Counted from the first letter of the stretch, positions 7,042 to 15,797 are shown. The stretch: DNA of 32,508 bases from Gemmatimonadota bacterium (GCA_003220975.1 QHTX01000127.1:27709-60216); one strand, 5' to 3'. Made by a program: numbers and translations. Notes: generated by a model not told the origin, from the sequence alone.

Positions 7042-8712
7042 GTGGAACGACGCGTCATTCTGGCAATCGTCCTGATGCTCATCGTGGCCGTGCTGCCGAG
7101 CATCCTGGTTCCTCGGAAGAAGCAGCCGGTTAGTCGGATCGGCGGATCGGCGGATAGTACCCGTGCGGCTCGGGAGAGCGTGGCGGCGCCTCCGGCGACA
7201 GCCCAACGACCATCCGGCTATCCGCCTACCCGCCTATCCGCCACCAAGGCGGAGACCGTGTGGGTCACCTCCCCACTCTACCGCCTCGGGTTCAGCACAC
7301 AGGGCGGGGAGCTGGTGTGGGCGGAGCTCACGGGCTACCGGTCGTTCGCGCCTCAGGACTCGGGCCGCCCGGTGCAGCTCGTGCCCCAGGGAGTGCCGCT
7401 ACTCGCCTCCGCCCTGACGGCGGGCGGGGACACGGTGAGTCTCGCGGACTGGCACCTGATGCCGAGCGCGTCCGCGCTTCGGGTGGGCCAAGACACCGTC
7501 ACACTGAGGTTTACGGCGTCGCGCGGCGGGGCGGATCTGAGCCTGGAGTACCGCTTTTTCCCCGGGGAGTACGACTTCCAGGTGCGCGGCCAGGTTGCCC
7601 GGCCCGGGGGTGGCGGCGGCGCGACGCTGCTGGTCGGCTTGGGGGACGGCGTCCGCTCGGTCGAAGCCGATTCGATCGACGACTTCCGGCACTACGCGGT
7701 CGTGACGAAGGCGGCGAAGACGCAGAGCACCGCGTTCTTGAAGCCCGGCGAGCGCAAGGTGCTCGACGGGCCGTTCGAGTGGGCGGGCGTGAAGTCCAAG
7801 TACTTCTTCGTCGCCGCCCTGGCGATCGCGGAGAACCAACCACAGTTCGGCGGCGGCATCGCCATGGGCGGGCCGAGCAGCGTGACGGCCTCCTCGCTGT
7901 TCGGCAAGTCGGGGGTGGCGACGCGCACCGCCCTGGCGCTCACGCTCCCCGTCCCCCCCGCCGGGGCCTTCGGCTACGACGTGTACGTCGGCCCGCTCGA
8001 GTATCGGCGGCTCGCGCGTCTCGGCCACGACCTGGACGACGCCAATCCCTACGGCGGGTTCCTGCGGCCCATCATCCAACCGGTGTCCGTCCTGGTGGTG
8101 AACATCCTCATCTGGATGCACGACCGGTTGAGTCTCGCGTACGGCTGGGTGCTCATCATTTTCGGTGTCCTGATCCGCGTGCTCCTCTGGCCGCTCAACC
8201 AGAAGGCGATGGAGTCCAGCATCCGGATGCAGGCGGTGGCGCCGCTGCTCCGGGACGTGCAGCAGCGGTACAAGGCCGAGCCGGAGCGACTGCAGCGCGA
8301 GACCCTGCGGATCTACAAGGAGCACAACGTCAATCCGCTCGGCGGCTGCCTCCCGATGCTGTTGCCCCTGCCCGTCCTGTTCGCCCTTTTCTTCGTGTTC
8401 GCGAACACCATCGAGTTCCGGGGTGTGCCGTTCCTCTGGCTGCCCGATCTCTCGCGGCCGGACCCGCTCTACATCATTCCACTGGTGATGGGGCTCTCGA
8501 TGTTCGCCGTGTCGAAGCTCGGCCAGATTGGCGTGCCCCCCAACCCGCAGACGAAGACCATGTTGTACTTCATGCCGGCGTTCATGACGCTGTTGTTCCT
8601 GCGGTTCGCGTCGGGTCTGAACCTGTACTATGCGGTGCAGAACATCGTGAGCCTGCCGCAGCAGTACCAGATCGCGATGCGGCGCATGCGGGAGCAGGGA
8701 AAGCGAACCTAG
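7042..8712 (+). CDS. yidC: Membrane protein insertase YidC
   Basis: N-terminal TM, a large periplasmic domain, and a C-terminal Oxa1-like core (WPLNQKAMES..., NPLGGCLPMLLPLPVLFALF). 556 aa. Confidence 0.95.
   Translation: MERRVILAIVLMLIVAVLPSILVPRKKQPVSRIGGSADSTRAARESVAAPPATAQRPSGYPPTRLSATKAETVWVTSPLYRLGFSTQGGELVWAELTGYRSFAPQDSGRPVQLVPQGVPLLASALTAGGDTVSLADWHLMPSASALRVGQDTVTLRFTASRGGADLSLEYRFFPGEYDFQVRGQVARPGGGGGATLLVGLGDGVRSVEADSIDDFRHYAVVTKAAKTQSTAFLKPGERKVLDGPFEWAGVKSKYFFVAALAIAENQPQFGGGIAMGGPSSVTASSLFGKSGVATRTALALTLPVPPAGAFGYDVYVGPLEYRRLARLGHDLDDANPYGGFLRPIIQPVSVLVVNILIWMHDRLSLAYGWVLIIFGVLIRVLLWPLNQKAMESSIRMQAVAPLLRDVQQRYKAEPERLQRETLRIYKEHNVNPLGGCLPMLLPLPVLFALFFVFANTIEFRGVPFLWLPDLSRPDPLYIIPLVMGLSMFAVSKLGQIGVPPNPQTKTMLYFMPAFMTLLFLRFASGLNLYYAVQNIVSLPQQYQIAMRRMREQGKRT
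7125..7242. repeat. Octamer-periodic inverted repeat element (type 1), inside yidC
   Basis: Left arm: GCCGGTTA GTCGGATC GGCGGATC GGCGGATA (7125-7156). 54-nt spacer. Right arm: CATCCGGC TATCCGCC TACCCGCC TATCCGCC (7211-7242). Confidence 0.8.
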
Positions 8713-8745
8713 GGAAGCGGGAAGCGCGAAAGGGTAAGGGGCAGG

Positions 8746-10089
8746 GTGCTGTCGGATCCGATCGTCGCGCTGGCCACGCCGGCGGGTCGTTCCGCCCTCG
8801 CTCTCATCCGGCTGTCGGGGAAGGCCGCGTTCGACGTCGCCGCCCGCGCACTCCGTCCGTTTCGCCCCGACCCGCCTCGCGTCGTGCGCCGCGTCCGGCT
8901 CGTCCATCCCGACAGCGGCGAGCTCGTCGACGACGCGCTCGCGGCGGCGTTCCCCGGCCCGCGCACGTACACCGGCGATGACCTGGTCGAGATCACGACG
9001 CACGGCGGGCTGCTGGTGCCGGCGGCCGCCGTGGCCGCGCTCGTCGCGGCGGGCGCCCGGCCGGCAGCGCCGGGCGAGTTCACGCGACGCGCCGTGCTCA
9101 ACGGCAAGCTCGACCTGCTCCAGGCGGAGGCGACGGCGGACCTGATCGACGCGGGCGCACCCGCGCAGGCGCGCCGCGCGCTGCACCAGCTCGACCGCGG
9201 TCTGTCGGCGCGGCTCGAGCTGCTGCGGGCCGAGCTGCTCGAGCTCGAGGCGCTGATCGCCTACGAGATCGATTTCCCCGAAGAAGACGAGGGCCCCGTG
9301 GCGCCGGAGCGGGTGGAGCGCGCCTGGCGCGCGGCGCGCGACCGGATCGCCCAGCTGCTCGCGACCGCGCCTGAGGGTGAGCGGTTGCGCGAAGGCGCGC
9401 TCGTGGTGATCGCCGGGCGGCCCAACGCCGGCAAGTCCTCTCTCTTCAACGCGCTGCTCGGTACCGAGCGCGCGATCGTGACCGAGATTCCCGGGACGAC
9501 ACGCGACGCGATCGAGGCCCACGCCGTGATCGAGGGATTCCCGTTTCGACTGGCGGATACGGCCGGGCTGCGCGACAGCGGGGACCGCGTCGAGCGCCTG
9601 GGGATCGAGGTCTCGCGGAGGTATCTCGGAGCGGCGGACCTGGTTCTCTATTGCGAAGAGGCCGGGGACGAGTCCGCGCGTGAAGAGTTTCTGACGCGAG
9701 TCCATGCTCCCGTCGTCGTCGTCCGCACCAAGATCGACCTGCGCCCACGGTCCGACCGTCCGACCGTCCGACCGACCGTCGCGGTCTCGGTGGTGACGGG
9801 GGACGGGCTCGCGGAGCTGAAGCGCCGCCTCGCCCAGGAGGCGTTCGGGCGCTTGCTCGGCCTCGGCGACGTGGAGCCCGTGGTGACGCGGGCGCGGCAC
9901 CGCATGGCGCTCGAGCGCGCCCTCGCGGAGGTCGAGGCGTTCCACGGGGCGCGCGCGGGCGGGGTCGAGGCCGCGGCGGCGGCGACGCATCTCCGCGCCG
10001 CCGTCGGCGCGCTCGACGATCTGATCGGCGTCGTGACGCCGGACGACGTGCTGGACCGCGTGTTCGCGAGCTTTTGCGTTGGGAAATGA
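8746..10089 (+). CDS. mnmE: tRNA modification GTPase MnmE
   Basis: G1 GRPNAGKSSLFNAL, G3 DTAGLR, G4-like RTKIDL, and the C-terminal FCVGK tetrapeptide motif. Confidence 0.95.
   Translation: MLSDPIVALATPAGRSALALIRLSGKAAFDVAARALRPFRPDPPRVVRRVRLVHPDSGELVDDALAAAFPGPRTYTGDDLVEITTHGGLLVPAAAVAALVAAGARPAAPGEFTRRAVLNGKLDLLQAEATADLIDAGAPAQARRALHQLDRGLSARLELLRAELLELEALIAYEIDFPEEDEGPVAPERVERAWRAARDRIAQLLATAPEGERLREGALVVIAGRPNAGKSSLFNALLGTERAIVTEIPGTTRDAIEAHAVIEGFPFRLADTAGLRDSGDRVERLGIEVSRRYLGAADLVLYCEEAGDESAREEFLTRVHAPVVVVRTKIDLRPRSDRPTVRPTVAVSVVTGDGLAELKRRLAQEAFGRLLGLGDVEPVVTRARHRMALERALAEVEAFHGARAGGVEAAAAATHLRAAVGALDDLIGVVTPDDVLDRVFASFCVGK
9750..9781. repeat. Octamer tandem array (type 2 half-element), inside mnmE
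   Basis: GTCCGACC x3 then GACCGTCG. Nearly identical to the right arm of the mtgA element (GTCCAACC GTCCAACC GACCGCCC). The partner arm is only degenerate. Confidence 0.7.
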
Positions 10090-10093
10090 GGCG

Positions 10094-10119
10094 GCCCGCT
10101 CCGGGGGTGGCCAGCGGGC
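10094..10119 (+). terminator. Possible stem-loop downstream of mnmE
   Basis: GCCCGCT-12 nt-AGCGGGC, starting 5 nt after the stop. The following T tract is weak (tctatttc). Confidence 0.25.
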
Positions 10120-10210
10120 AGGAGAAGCGGTCTATTTCGGGCCCAACGACGGGCGCGCTCGCTCCGTAATCCCTGTGCAACCGCGCTCACACCCGGGAGG
10201 ACTCGAGCCG

Positions 10211-10753
10211 ATGGACACGCAGTCCGATGCCGCCTTCCCCATGCACCACCCCGAGCGCTGGCTCGCCGTGCTGCGGATCGCGGTGGGCCTGTGGTTCGCC
10301 AAGGCGATCGTCACCAAGCTCAGCGTGACGCTGGTGTGGGGCTTCCTCCCGCTGCCCACCGCCTCCGACCGCTGGCTGCACGTGATGCCGATCCTCGTGG
10401 GGAAGTACGCCGAAGGGAATCCCGTCGGCTTCTTCAAGACTTTTCTTCAGGACACCGTCATTCCGCATGCTTCGCTGTTCGCGCAGCTCACGGCCTTCGG
10501 CGAGGTCGCCGTAGGGCTCGGGCTGGTGCTCGGGTGTCTGACCGCGCTCGCGTCAGGGATCGGGCTCGTGCTGGTGCTGAACTACGGTCTCGCGGTCCAA
10601 TGGCAGGGCTCGGCGCAGCAGGGCTTCCACTACCTGCTGCTCACGAGCCTGGTCGTGATCCTGGCCGCGCGGGCCGGGCGTACCTGGGGGCTCGACGGCT
10701 GGGCCCGCGCCCGCCGCCCCGGGTCCTGGCTGGCGCGCACGCCGCTCGGTTAG
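10211..10753 (+). CDS. DoxX/DoxD-like integral membrane protein
   Basis: ATG 10211 with SD GGGAGGA. Four hydrophobic helices. LRIAVGLWF near the N-terminus and a GLDGW tail resemble the DoxX/DoxD family. The track start at 10079 is an extension. Confidence 0.5.
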   Translation: MDTQSDAAFPMHHPERWLAVLRIAVGLWFAKAIVTKLSVTLVWGFLPLPTASDRWLHVMPILVGKYAEGNPVGFFKTFLQDTVIPHASLFAQLTAFGEVAVGLGLVLGCLTALASGIGLVLVLNYGLAVQWQGSAQQGFHYLLLTSLVVILAARAGRTWGLDGWARARRPGSWLARTPLG

Positions 10754-11724
10754 GGAATGTACAGCAGGTCGTTGGGGCGCTCGCCCACGGGCACGGCGCC
10801 GACCACCTTGCGGATCCCGGTATCGATGACCGATACGGTGTTGGAGCGCCCGTCGGCGGTGTAGAGCCGGCGGCCGTCGGGCGAGAGCGCGATGCCCCAC
10901 GGACGTTTCCCCACCGGGATGGTGTCGAGTACGCGGCTCGTGGCCACGTCGATCACGCTGACGGTGGCGGCGGCGCCTTCGGTCAGATAGGCGAGCCGCG
11001 CGTCCGGGCTGAACGCGATGCGCACGGGCTTCGTCTTCCCGTCGCGGATCGGGAACTGCCGCAGGACGCTGTCGGTGGCCACGTCGATCACCGTGACGTT
11101 CCCGCCCGCCTCGGCGCTGACCCAGACATGTCGGCCGTCCGGGGTGAACGCCACGGTGCGCGGGTTGTCGCCGACGTGGATCGTCCGGAGGACCGCGCCC
11201 GTCTTCGCGTCGAGCACGGAGACATTGTTGCTGGTCTCGGCGGTGACGTAGACCTTAGTGCCGTCGCGCGTGATCCCGATCCCCTCGGGCTCCACTCCCA
11301 CCGGCGTCGAGAACAGCAGCCTCCCGGTCGCGACCTCGATGGCCGAGGCGTGGGCGATCTCCTCGTTGGACACGTACGCCGTCTTGCCGTCCGGGCTGAG
11401 CACCACCAGCTCAGGGTCGCGGCCCGCGGGGAGCGTCCCCCTCATCTTCGCTGCCGCGACGTCGATTACGCCGAGCGCGTTGTCTTCCCCGAGGGCGACG
11501 TAAGCGGTCCGGTGGTCGGGGCTCAGGGCCATGCCGCGCGGCCGGCGGCCGACGGCGATCGTGGCGATCGCGCCGACGCTGCGCGGCGAGATCACGGTGA
11601 TGCTGTTGCTGACCTCGTTGCTGACGTACAACACGGGCTCGGGCGTCGGCGCCACCAGTGCGGCACCAACGAGCGGCGCCACGAGCAGGAGGACGGCGCT
11701 CTCGCGCCATGAACCCGACGTCAT
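10750..11724 (-). CDS. YVTN-type beta-propeller protein of the kind associated with PQQ-dependent catabolism clusters
   Basis: Start ATG 11724 (MTSGSWRESAVLLLVAPLVGAALVA is a signal or anchor). Repeated units of the form P.G.A.SPDG...YV.....N.VSVID. Confidence 0.8.
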   Translation of the reverse strand: MTSGSWRESAVLLLVAPLVGAALVAPTPEPVLYVSNEVSNSITVISPRSVGAIATIAVGRRPRGMALSPDHRTAYVALGEDNALGVIDVAAAKMRGTLPAGRDPELVVLSPDGKTAYVSNEEIAHASAIEVATGRLLFSTPVGVEPEGIGITRDGTKVYVTAETSNNVSVLDAKTGAVLRTIHVGDNPRTVAFTPDGRHVWVSAEAGGNVTVIDVATDSVLRQFPIRDGKTKPVRIAFSPDARLAYLTEGAAATVSVIDVATSRVLDTIPVGKRPWGIALSPDGRRLYTADGRSNTVSVIDTGIRKVVGAVPVGERPNDLLYIP

Positions 11725-11737
11725 CGCTCCATCCCGG

Positions 11738-12493
11738 TCAATCGTGGAAGACCGCTTGATCGACGTTGACCGCCCGGTCGAGCCCCCGGATGCGGTCGCG
11801 CCCGCGGATGTCGCGCAGCACGGCGCCGTACAGGTCGGCGCCGGTGACATCCGCGTCCGTCAGGTCCGCGCCGGTGAAATTGGCGCGGCTCAGCAGGACC
11901 TTGCGGAGGTTCGCACCCGTGAAGTCCGCGCCGCTGAAATCCACGGCGGTGGCATCGACCCGCATGATGCCCATCGACTGATTTCCCGGATCGGCGCCGA
12001 GGTTGGCGCTGACGAAGCGCGCGCGGAGCGCCTTGGCGTTGCTCATCGGCCCGATGAGACGGGCGCGGGTGAGGTCGGCGTCGGAGAGGTCGGCGCCGTT
12101 CAGGATCACGGAGAACAGGCTGGCGTCGCGCAGGATGGCGTGACGCAGGTCGACGCGGTAGGCGACCGCCACGTCGAGGGTGGCGCCGGTGAAATTCGCT
12201 TCGCTTGCGGCCGCGTCGGTCAGCGTGGCCGAGAGCAACTGCGCCTTGGTGAAGTTCGTCCGCACCAGCCGGCAGCGTGTGAGGTTGGCGCGCTTGAAGT
12301 CCACGCCCGTGAAATCGAGCCCCGACAGGTCCGCGCCCGTGAAGTCCGCGGGGTGCTGCGGGGTGGCGGCGGCGAGCGCCGCGAGCACCTGCTCGCGCGT
12401 GAGCCGCTCCTGCGCGCGGGCCGGGTCGGGGGCGGGGACGGCGGCGAGCGCTGCGAGCACCACCCCCGCCGCCACGCGCGCGCCGGCGATCAC
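11738..12493 (-). CDS. Secreted pentapeptide-repeat protein
   Basis: The GTG at 12493 overlaps the upstream stop (GTGA). Hydrophobic N-terminus IAGARVAAGVVLAALAAVPAP. Many A(D/N)(L/F)xx pentads (ADLSGLDFTGVDFKRANLTRCRL..., ADFSGADFTGANL...). Confidence 0.8.
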   Translation of the reverse strand: MIAGARVAAGVVLAALAAVPAPDPARAQERLTREQVLAALAAATPQHPADFTGADLSGLDFTGVDFKRANLTRCRLVRTNFTKAQLLSATLTDAAASEANFTGATLDVAVAYRVDLRHAILRDASLFSVILNGADLSDADLTRARLIGPMSNAKALRARFVSANLGADPGNQSMGIMRVDATAVDFSGADFTGANLRKVLLSRANFTGADLTDADVTGADLYGAVLRDIRGRDRIRGLDRAVNVDQAVFHD

Positions 12494-12969
12494 TGAGGCT
12501 TGCTCTGCAGGTCGGACAGCCGGTGTGGTCGGCCCGGCTTGAGCCAACCGTCGCTCCGTGCCTTGACGTAGGTGTACAACTCGTAGATCGCCGAGGTGTC
12601 GAGCAGCACCTTCCACGCGGGCATGCCCTTGGCCGCGCGGCCGTTGAGAGCGGTGCTGACGAAGCTGTCGAGCGGGAAGCTGCCACCGGTGGGATTGAGA
12701 GCCCAGCGCAGGTCGGGCGCCGCCGGGTTCACGCCACCGATCGCGTCCTCACCGTGGCAGCGGAAGCAGTACACGTGGAACCACTTCCAGCCCTGATACA
12801 CGGAGTCGGACACGAGCAGGCTGTCCCGCACGGTGTCCCGCGCCGGCGCCGCGGCCGTCGCAGCGAGCAGCAGGAGGGGGGAGCTCCCGTGTGGCGCGCC
12901 CGCGATCGCGGCCGCGGCCATGACGCAGGCGCCGACCAGGCCGCCCCGCACGAAATGCTTGTTCCTCAC
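12490..12969 (-). CDS. xoxG: Mono-haem c-type cytochrome, XoxG-like candidate electron acceptor
   Basis: Signal peptide and a single CFRCH haem-binding motif. Positioned after xoxJ. SD GGGAGGGA precedes the GTG at 12969. Confidence 0.7.
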   Translation of the reverse strand: MRNKHFVRGGLVGACVMAAAAIAGAPHGSSPLLLLAATAAAPARDTVRDSLLVSDSVYQGWKWFHVYCFRCHGEDAIGGVNPAAPDLRWALNPTGGSFPLDSFVSTALNGRAAKGMPAWKVLLDTSAIYELYTYVKARSDGWLKPGRPHRLSDLQSKPQ

Positions 12970-13001
12970 GTACGTCCCTCCCTGAGCTTGACGGTGAACG
13001 G

Positions 13002-13826
13002 CTACGGGTGTGTAGCGAGCAGCGGCACGCTGTACTCGTTCAGGATCGCGACGATCTCGGCCCGCCGGCGCTCGATGACCGAATCGAGCTGCGCCTTCAG
13101 CTCCCTGTCGCGATGACGGACGCCCATCGCCATGTCAAACGCGAACGGCACGCCCGATACGGCGTCGGAGTCGGGCAGCGGCACCATGCTGAGCGGCACG
13201 GCCGCGCGCTTGACCCAGTACCCCGCCTTGGGCCCCCACACGATGGCGAGGTTGATCGAGTCCCGCGCGACCGCTTCCACGATGTCCTCGGGGTGGTCCG
13301 CCTTCGGATCCGCGTTCAAGAAGTTGCCGAACCCCACGAGACCGACGATGCCGCGCTGCGCCAGCGCGTGCGCCGGCGGCGTGTTGGTGTAGTCGTAGCC
13401 GATGATGTTCACCCCGATCTTCAGGTGCTTCAAGACCGTGTCATCGAGTGAACGGATCTGCAACCCGCGGTCGGCGCGATAGATGAAGTAGTACGTGGAG
13501 CGGTAGTAGGCCTTCGTCGTGGCGACCGCGTCGAGCCCGACGGGGGCTTCGATCATGACGTCGCAGAAGCCGCCGAGGATCGAGTTGCGCATGAAGCCGC
13601 GCCGGCTCGGCCACCAGTAGTTGATCACGCGCGCGTTGAGATCGCGCGCGACGACCAGGGCGATCTTGTTCTCGAAGCCCTCTTCCCGGTCGTTGGAGAA
13701 GGGCATGTTGTACGGGTCGGCGCAGACCCGGAGCTCCGAACTCGACCGTGGCGCACTCCCCATGAGCGCGACCGACGCGGCGGCGACGCACATCGCCCCG
13801 GTGAGCTTCACCCGAGTGAAATGCAT
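13002..13826 (-). CDS. xoxJ: MxaJ/XoxJ-type periplasmic solute-binding-fold protein
   Basis: Signal peptide. LRVCADPYNMPFSN and the rest look like a type 2 periplasmic-binding fold. Immediately downstream of xoxF. Confidence 0.8.
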   Translation of the reverse strand: MHFTRVKLTGAMCVAAASVALMGSAPRSSSELRVCADPYNMPFSNDREEGFENKIALVVARDLNARVINYWWPSRRGFMRNSILGGFCDVMIEAPVGLDAVATTKAYYRSTYYFIYRADRGLQIRSLDDTVLKHLKIGVNIIGYDYTNTPPAHALAQRGIVGLVGFGNFLNADPKADHPEDIVEAVARDSINLAIVWGPKAGYWVKRAAVPLSMVPLPDSDAVSGVPFAFDMAMGVRHRDRELKAQLDSVIERRRAEIVAILNEYSVPLLATHP

Positions 13827-13876
13827 GGTTCTCCCTGTTGATCCCGCAGAAGACGATGGAAGTGCCAGAGATACTA

Positions 13877-13914
13877 CACCCGGTGCCGGAGCACGTTCGC
13901 TCCGGCACCGGGTG
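13877..13914 (-). terminator. Perfect 16-bp stem-loop between xoxF and xoxJ (attenuator or mRNA-stabilising hairpin)
   Basis: CACCCGGTGCCGGAGC-acgttc-GCTCCGGCACCGGGTG. The arms are exact reverse complements. Begins 28 nt downstream of the xoxF stop. No clear U tract follows. Confidence 0.6.
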
Positions 13915-13941
13915 ACTACTGTGCTGCGTGCTGCTCCTGCC

Positions 13942-15711
13942 TCAAGGCAGGCCGAACACCACCAACGTGCCGCCTGCGTTGCTCATGTTGGTGTAATCGC
14001 TGAACGCGCCGATCGCTCCGAGTGCGGCGGTCGGATCTTCCGGACCGATGCCGAGCGCCACGCCGGCGCCCGCCCAGCCGCCGATGCCCGAGAGCACGGC
14101 GACGTACTGCTTGCCGTCCGGCCCGGTGTAGGTCATCGGGTTGCCGATGATGCCCGACGGGCACTTGAACCGCCACAGCTCCGTGCCGGTCCTGGCGTCG
14201 ATAGCCTTCAGCCAACCTTCCATCGTTCCGTAGAACACCACGCCGCCCGCCGTCGTCAGCACGCCGCCGTACGCCGCGAGGTTCTCCTTCAGGTCGAACT
14301 TCACCTTGCCGACCGTCGGATCCCACGCGATGAACCGGCCACGGTTGCCGCCCGGGCCCGGGAACATGCGCACGATCGCGCCGACGTAGGGCTGACCGGC
14401 CGAGTACTTCACTTCCACGCCCTCATAGTCCATGCAGATGTTGTTGACCGGGACGTAGAACCAGCCGGTTTGCGGGGAGTACGCCGACGGCTGCTGATCC
14501 TTGAAGCCGATCGCGGCCGGGCAGATCCCCTCGGTGTTCTTCTTCGACGTGGTCCCGTACTGCGGATTGCGCACCGGGACGCCCGTCGTCAGGTCGATGC
14601 TCTTGGCCCAATTCACCGGCCCGTAGGGCTCGGCCACCAGCACCTTCCCGTTCGTCCGATCGAGCGTGTAGCCGAAGCCGTTGCGGTCGAAGTGCGCCAG
14701 CGCCTTCACCGGCTTCCCGCCGATCGTCAGGTCGACCAGGACGTTCTCGTTGACGCCATCATAGTCCCACTCGTCGTGCGGCGTCATCTGGTACGCCCAC
14801 TTCACCTCCCCGTTGTCGGGATTGCGGGCGAAGATCGTCATCGACCACTTGTTGTCGCCGGGCCGCTGATCGGGGTTCCACGTCCCCGGGTTGCCCGAGC
14901 TGTAGTAGAACAGGTTCAGCTGCGGATCGTAGGAGTACCAGCCCCAGGTGGTCCCGCCGCCGTGCTGCCACTCGTCGCCCGTCCAGGTGCTGACGCCGAG
15001 ATCCTTGCCGCGGTGGGAGGCATAATTGGGGTTGGCATCGCCGGTGATCTTCACGTCGGCGTCGGGCCCGGTGGAATACCCGCGCCACAGCTCCTTGCCG
15101 GTGTTCACATCGTACGCCGTCACGCGGCCGCGCACGCCGAACTCACCCCCCGAGATCCCCGCGATCACGATGTCCTTGATCACGATCGGGGCGTTCGTCA
15201 TCGTCGAGCCGGTCTTGTAGTCGGCGTTGGGCACGCGCCACAGCTGCTTGCCCGACTTCGCATCCAGCGCCAGCAGGTCGCCCGCGAGCAGCTCGATGAA
15301 CAGCTTGCCGCTCGGGTGGTAGGCGAGACCACGGTTTACCAGGTCGCAGCACGCGATCGGCTTTGCTTCGTCGGGCTGCTTCGGCTGGAACCTCCAGATC
15401 ATCGGCGCGCCCGGCTTCGTCAGATCGAGCGCGAACACGATATTCGGGAAGGCGCTGTGCACGTACATCACGTTGCCGATCACCAGCGGATTCCCCTCAT
15501 GGCCGTTCAGGACGCCGGTGGAGAACGTCCATTTGGCGACGAGGTTCTTCACATTCGCCCGGTTGATCGAAGCGAGTGGGCTGTACCGCTGCAGGTCGTA
15601 CGTCCGACCTGTCATGGTCCACTCGCCCGGCGCCTGGGCGGCGGCGGACGCCGCGACGAGTACCATCAGACTCGCCGCGAGTCCACCGGAACACAGTTTG
15701 AAGCGGTCCAT
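13942..15711 (-). CDS. xoxF: PQQ-dependent methanol/ethanol-family dehydrogenase, lanthanide (XoxF) type
   Basis: Signal peptide, vicinal disulphide ACCD (KPIACCDLVNRG), and W-rich propeller repeats. Active-site stretch HDEWDYDGVNE carries the extra Asp (DYD) typical of XoxF, whereas MxaF has DYA. No small-subunit gene is adjacent. Confidence 0.92.
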   Translation of the reverse strand: MDRFKLCSGGLAASLMVLVAASAAAQAPGEWTMTGRTYDLQRYSPLASINRANVKNLVAKWTFSTGVLNGHEGNPLVIGNVMYVHSAFPNIVFALDLTKPGAPMIWRFQPKQPDEAKPIACCDLVNRGLAYHPSGKLFIELLAGDLLALDAKSGKQLWRVPNADYKTGSTMTNAPIVIKDIVIAGISGGEFGVRGRVTAYDVNTGKELWRGYSTGPDADVKITGDANPNYASHRGKDLGVSTWTGDEWQHGGGTTWGWYSYDPQLNLFYYSSGNPGTWNPDQRPGDNKWSMTIFARNPDNGEVKWAYQMTPHDEWDYDGVNENVLVDLTIGGKPVKALAHFDRNGFGYTLDRTNGKVLVAEPYGPVNWAKSIDLTTGVPVRNPQYGTTSKKNTEGICPAAIGFKDQQPSAYSPQTGWFYVPVNNICMDYEGVEVKYSAGQPYVGAIVRMFPGPGGNRGRFIAWDPTVGKVKFDLKENLAAYGGVLTTAGGVVFYGTMEGWLKAIDARTGTELWRFKCPSGIIGNPMTYTGPDGKQYVAVLSGIGGWAGAGVALGIGPEDPTAALGAIGAFSDYTNMSNAGGTLVVFGLP

Positions 15712-15770
15712 AGCTTACCTCATGAGGATGGTGAAAAACGATCTACGCTACTTTGCCCGTGCGAGTCCCA

Positions 15771-15797
15771 GGCCTTCGGGGACGTTCCCCGGAGGCC
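15771..15797 (-). promoter_or_regulatory. Near-perfect palindrome/hairpin in the xoxF 5' leader
   Basis: GGCCTTCGGGGAcgtTCCCCGGAGGCC, with one mismatch in an 11-12 bp stem. Confidence 0.4.

Noticed and set aside
8713-8745. G/A-rich yidC-mnmE spacer (GGGAAGCGGGAAGCGCGAAAGGGTAAGGGG) resembling the centre of the 3345-3457 palindrome (GGGAAGCGAGAAGGGGTTAGG)
   Set aside because: It shares only one 8-mer plus purine richness and has no inverted partner. It is more simply the mnmE ribosome-binding region.
7399-9990. 863-aa ORF antisense to yidC and mnmE. Similar long ORFs occur at 13621..15930 (+), 4604..6160 (-), 4891..6375 (+), 26045..27922 (+) and 10291..11712 (+).
   Set aside because: Their composition is Arg/Gly/Pro/Ala-rich and low in complexity, with no motifs. 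They lie opposite or out of frame to genes with clear family signatures. Long spurious ORFs like these are expected at ~70% GC.
11738-12493. Nucleotide repeats inside the pentapeptide gene and the Gly-rich repeats in fhcC (28900-29350) as repeat elements
   Set aside because: They follow the amino-acid repeat structure of beta-helix proteins and are not independent DNA elements.
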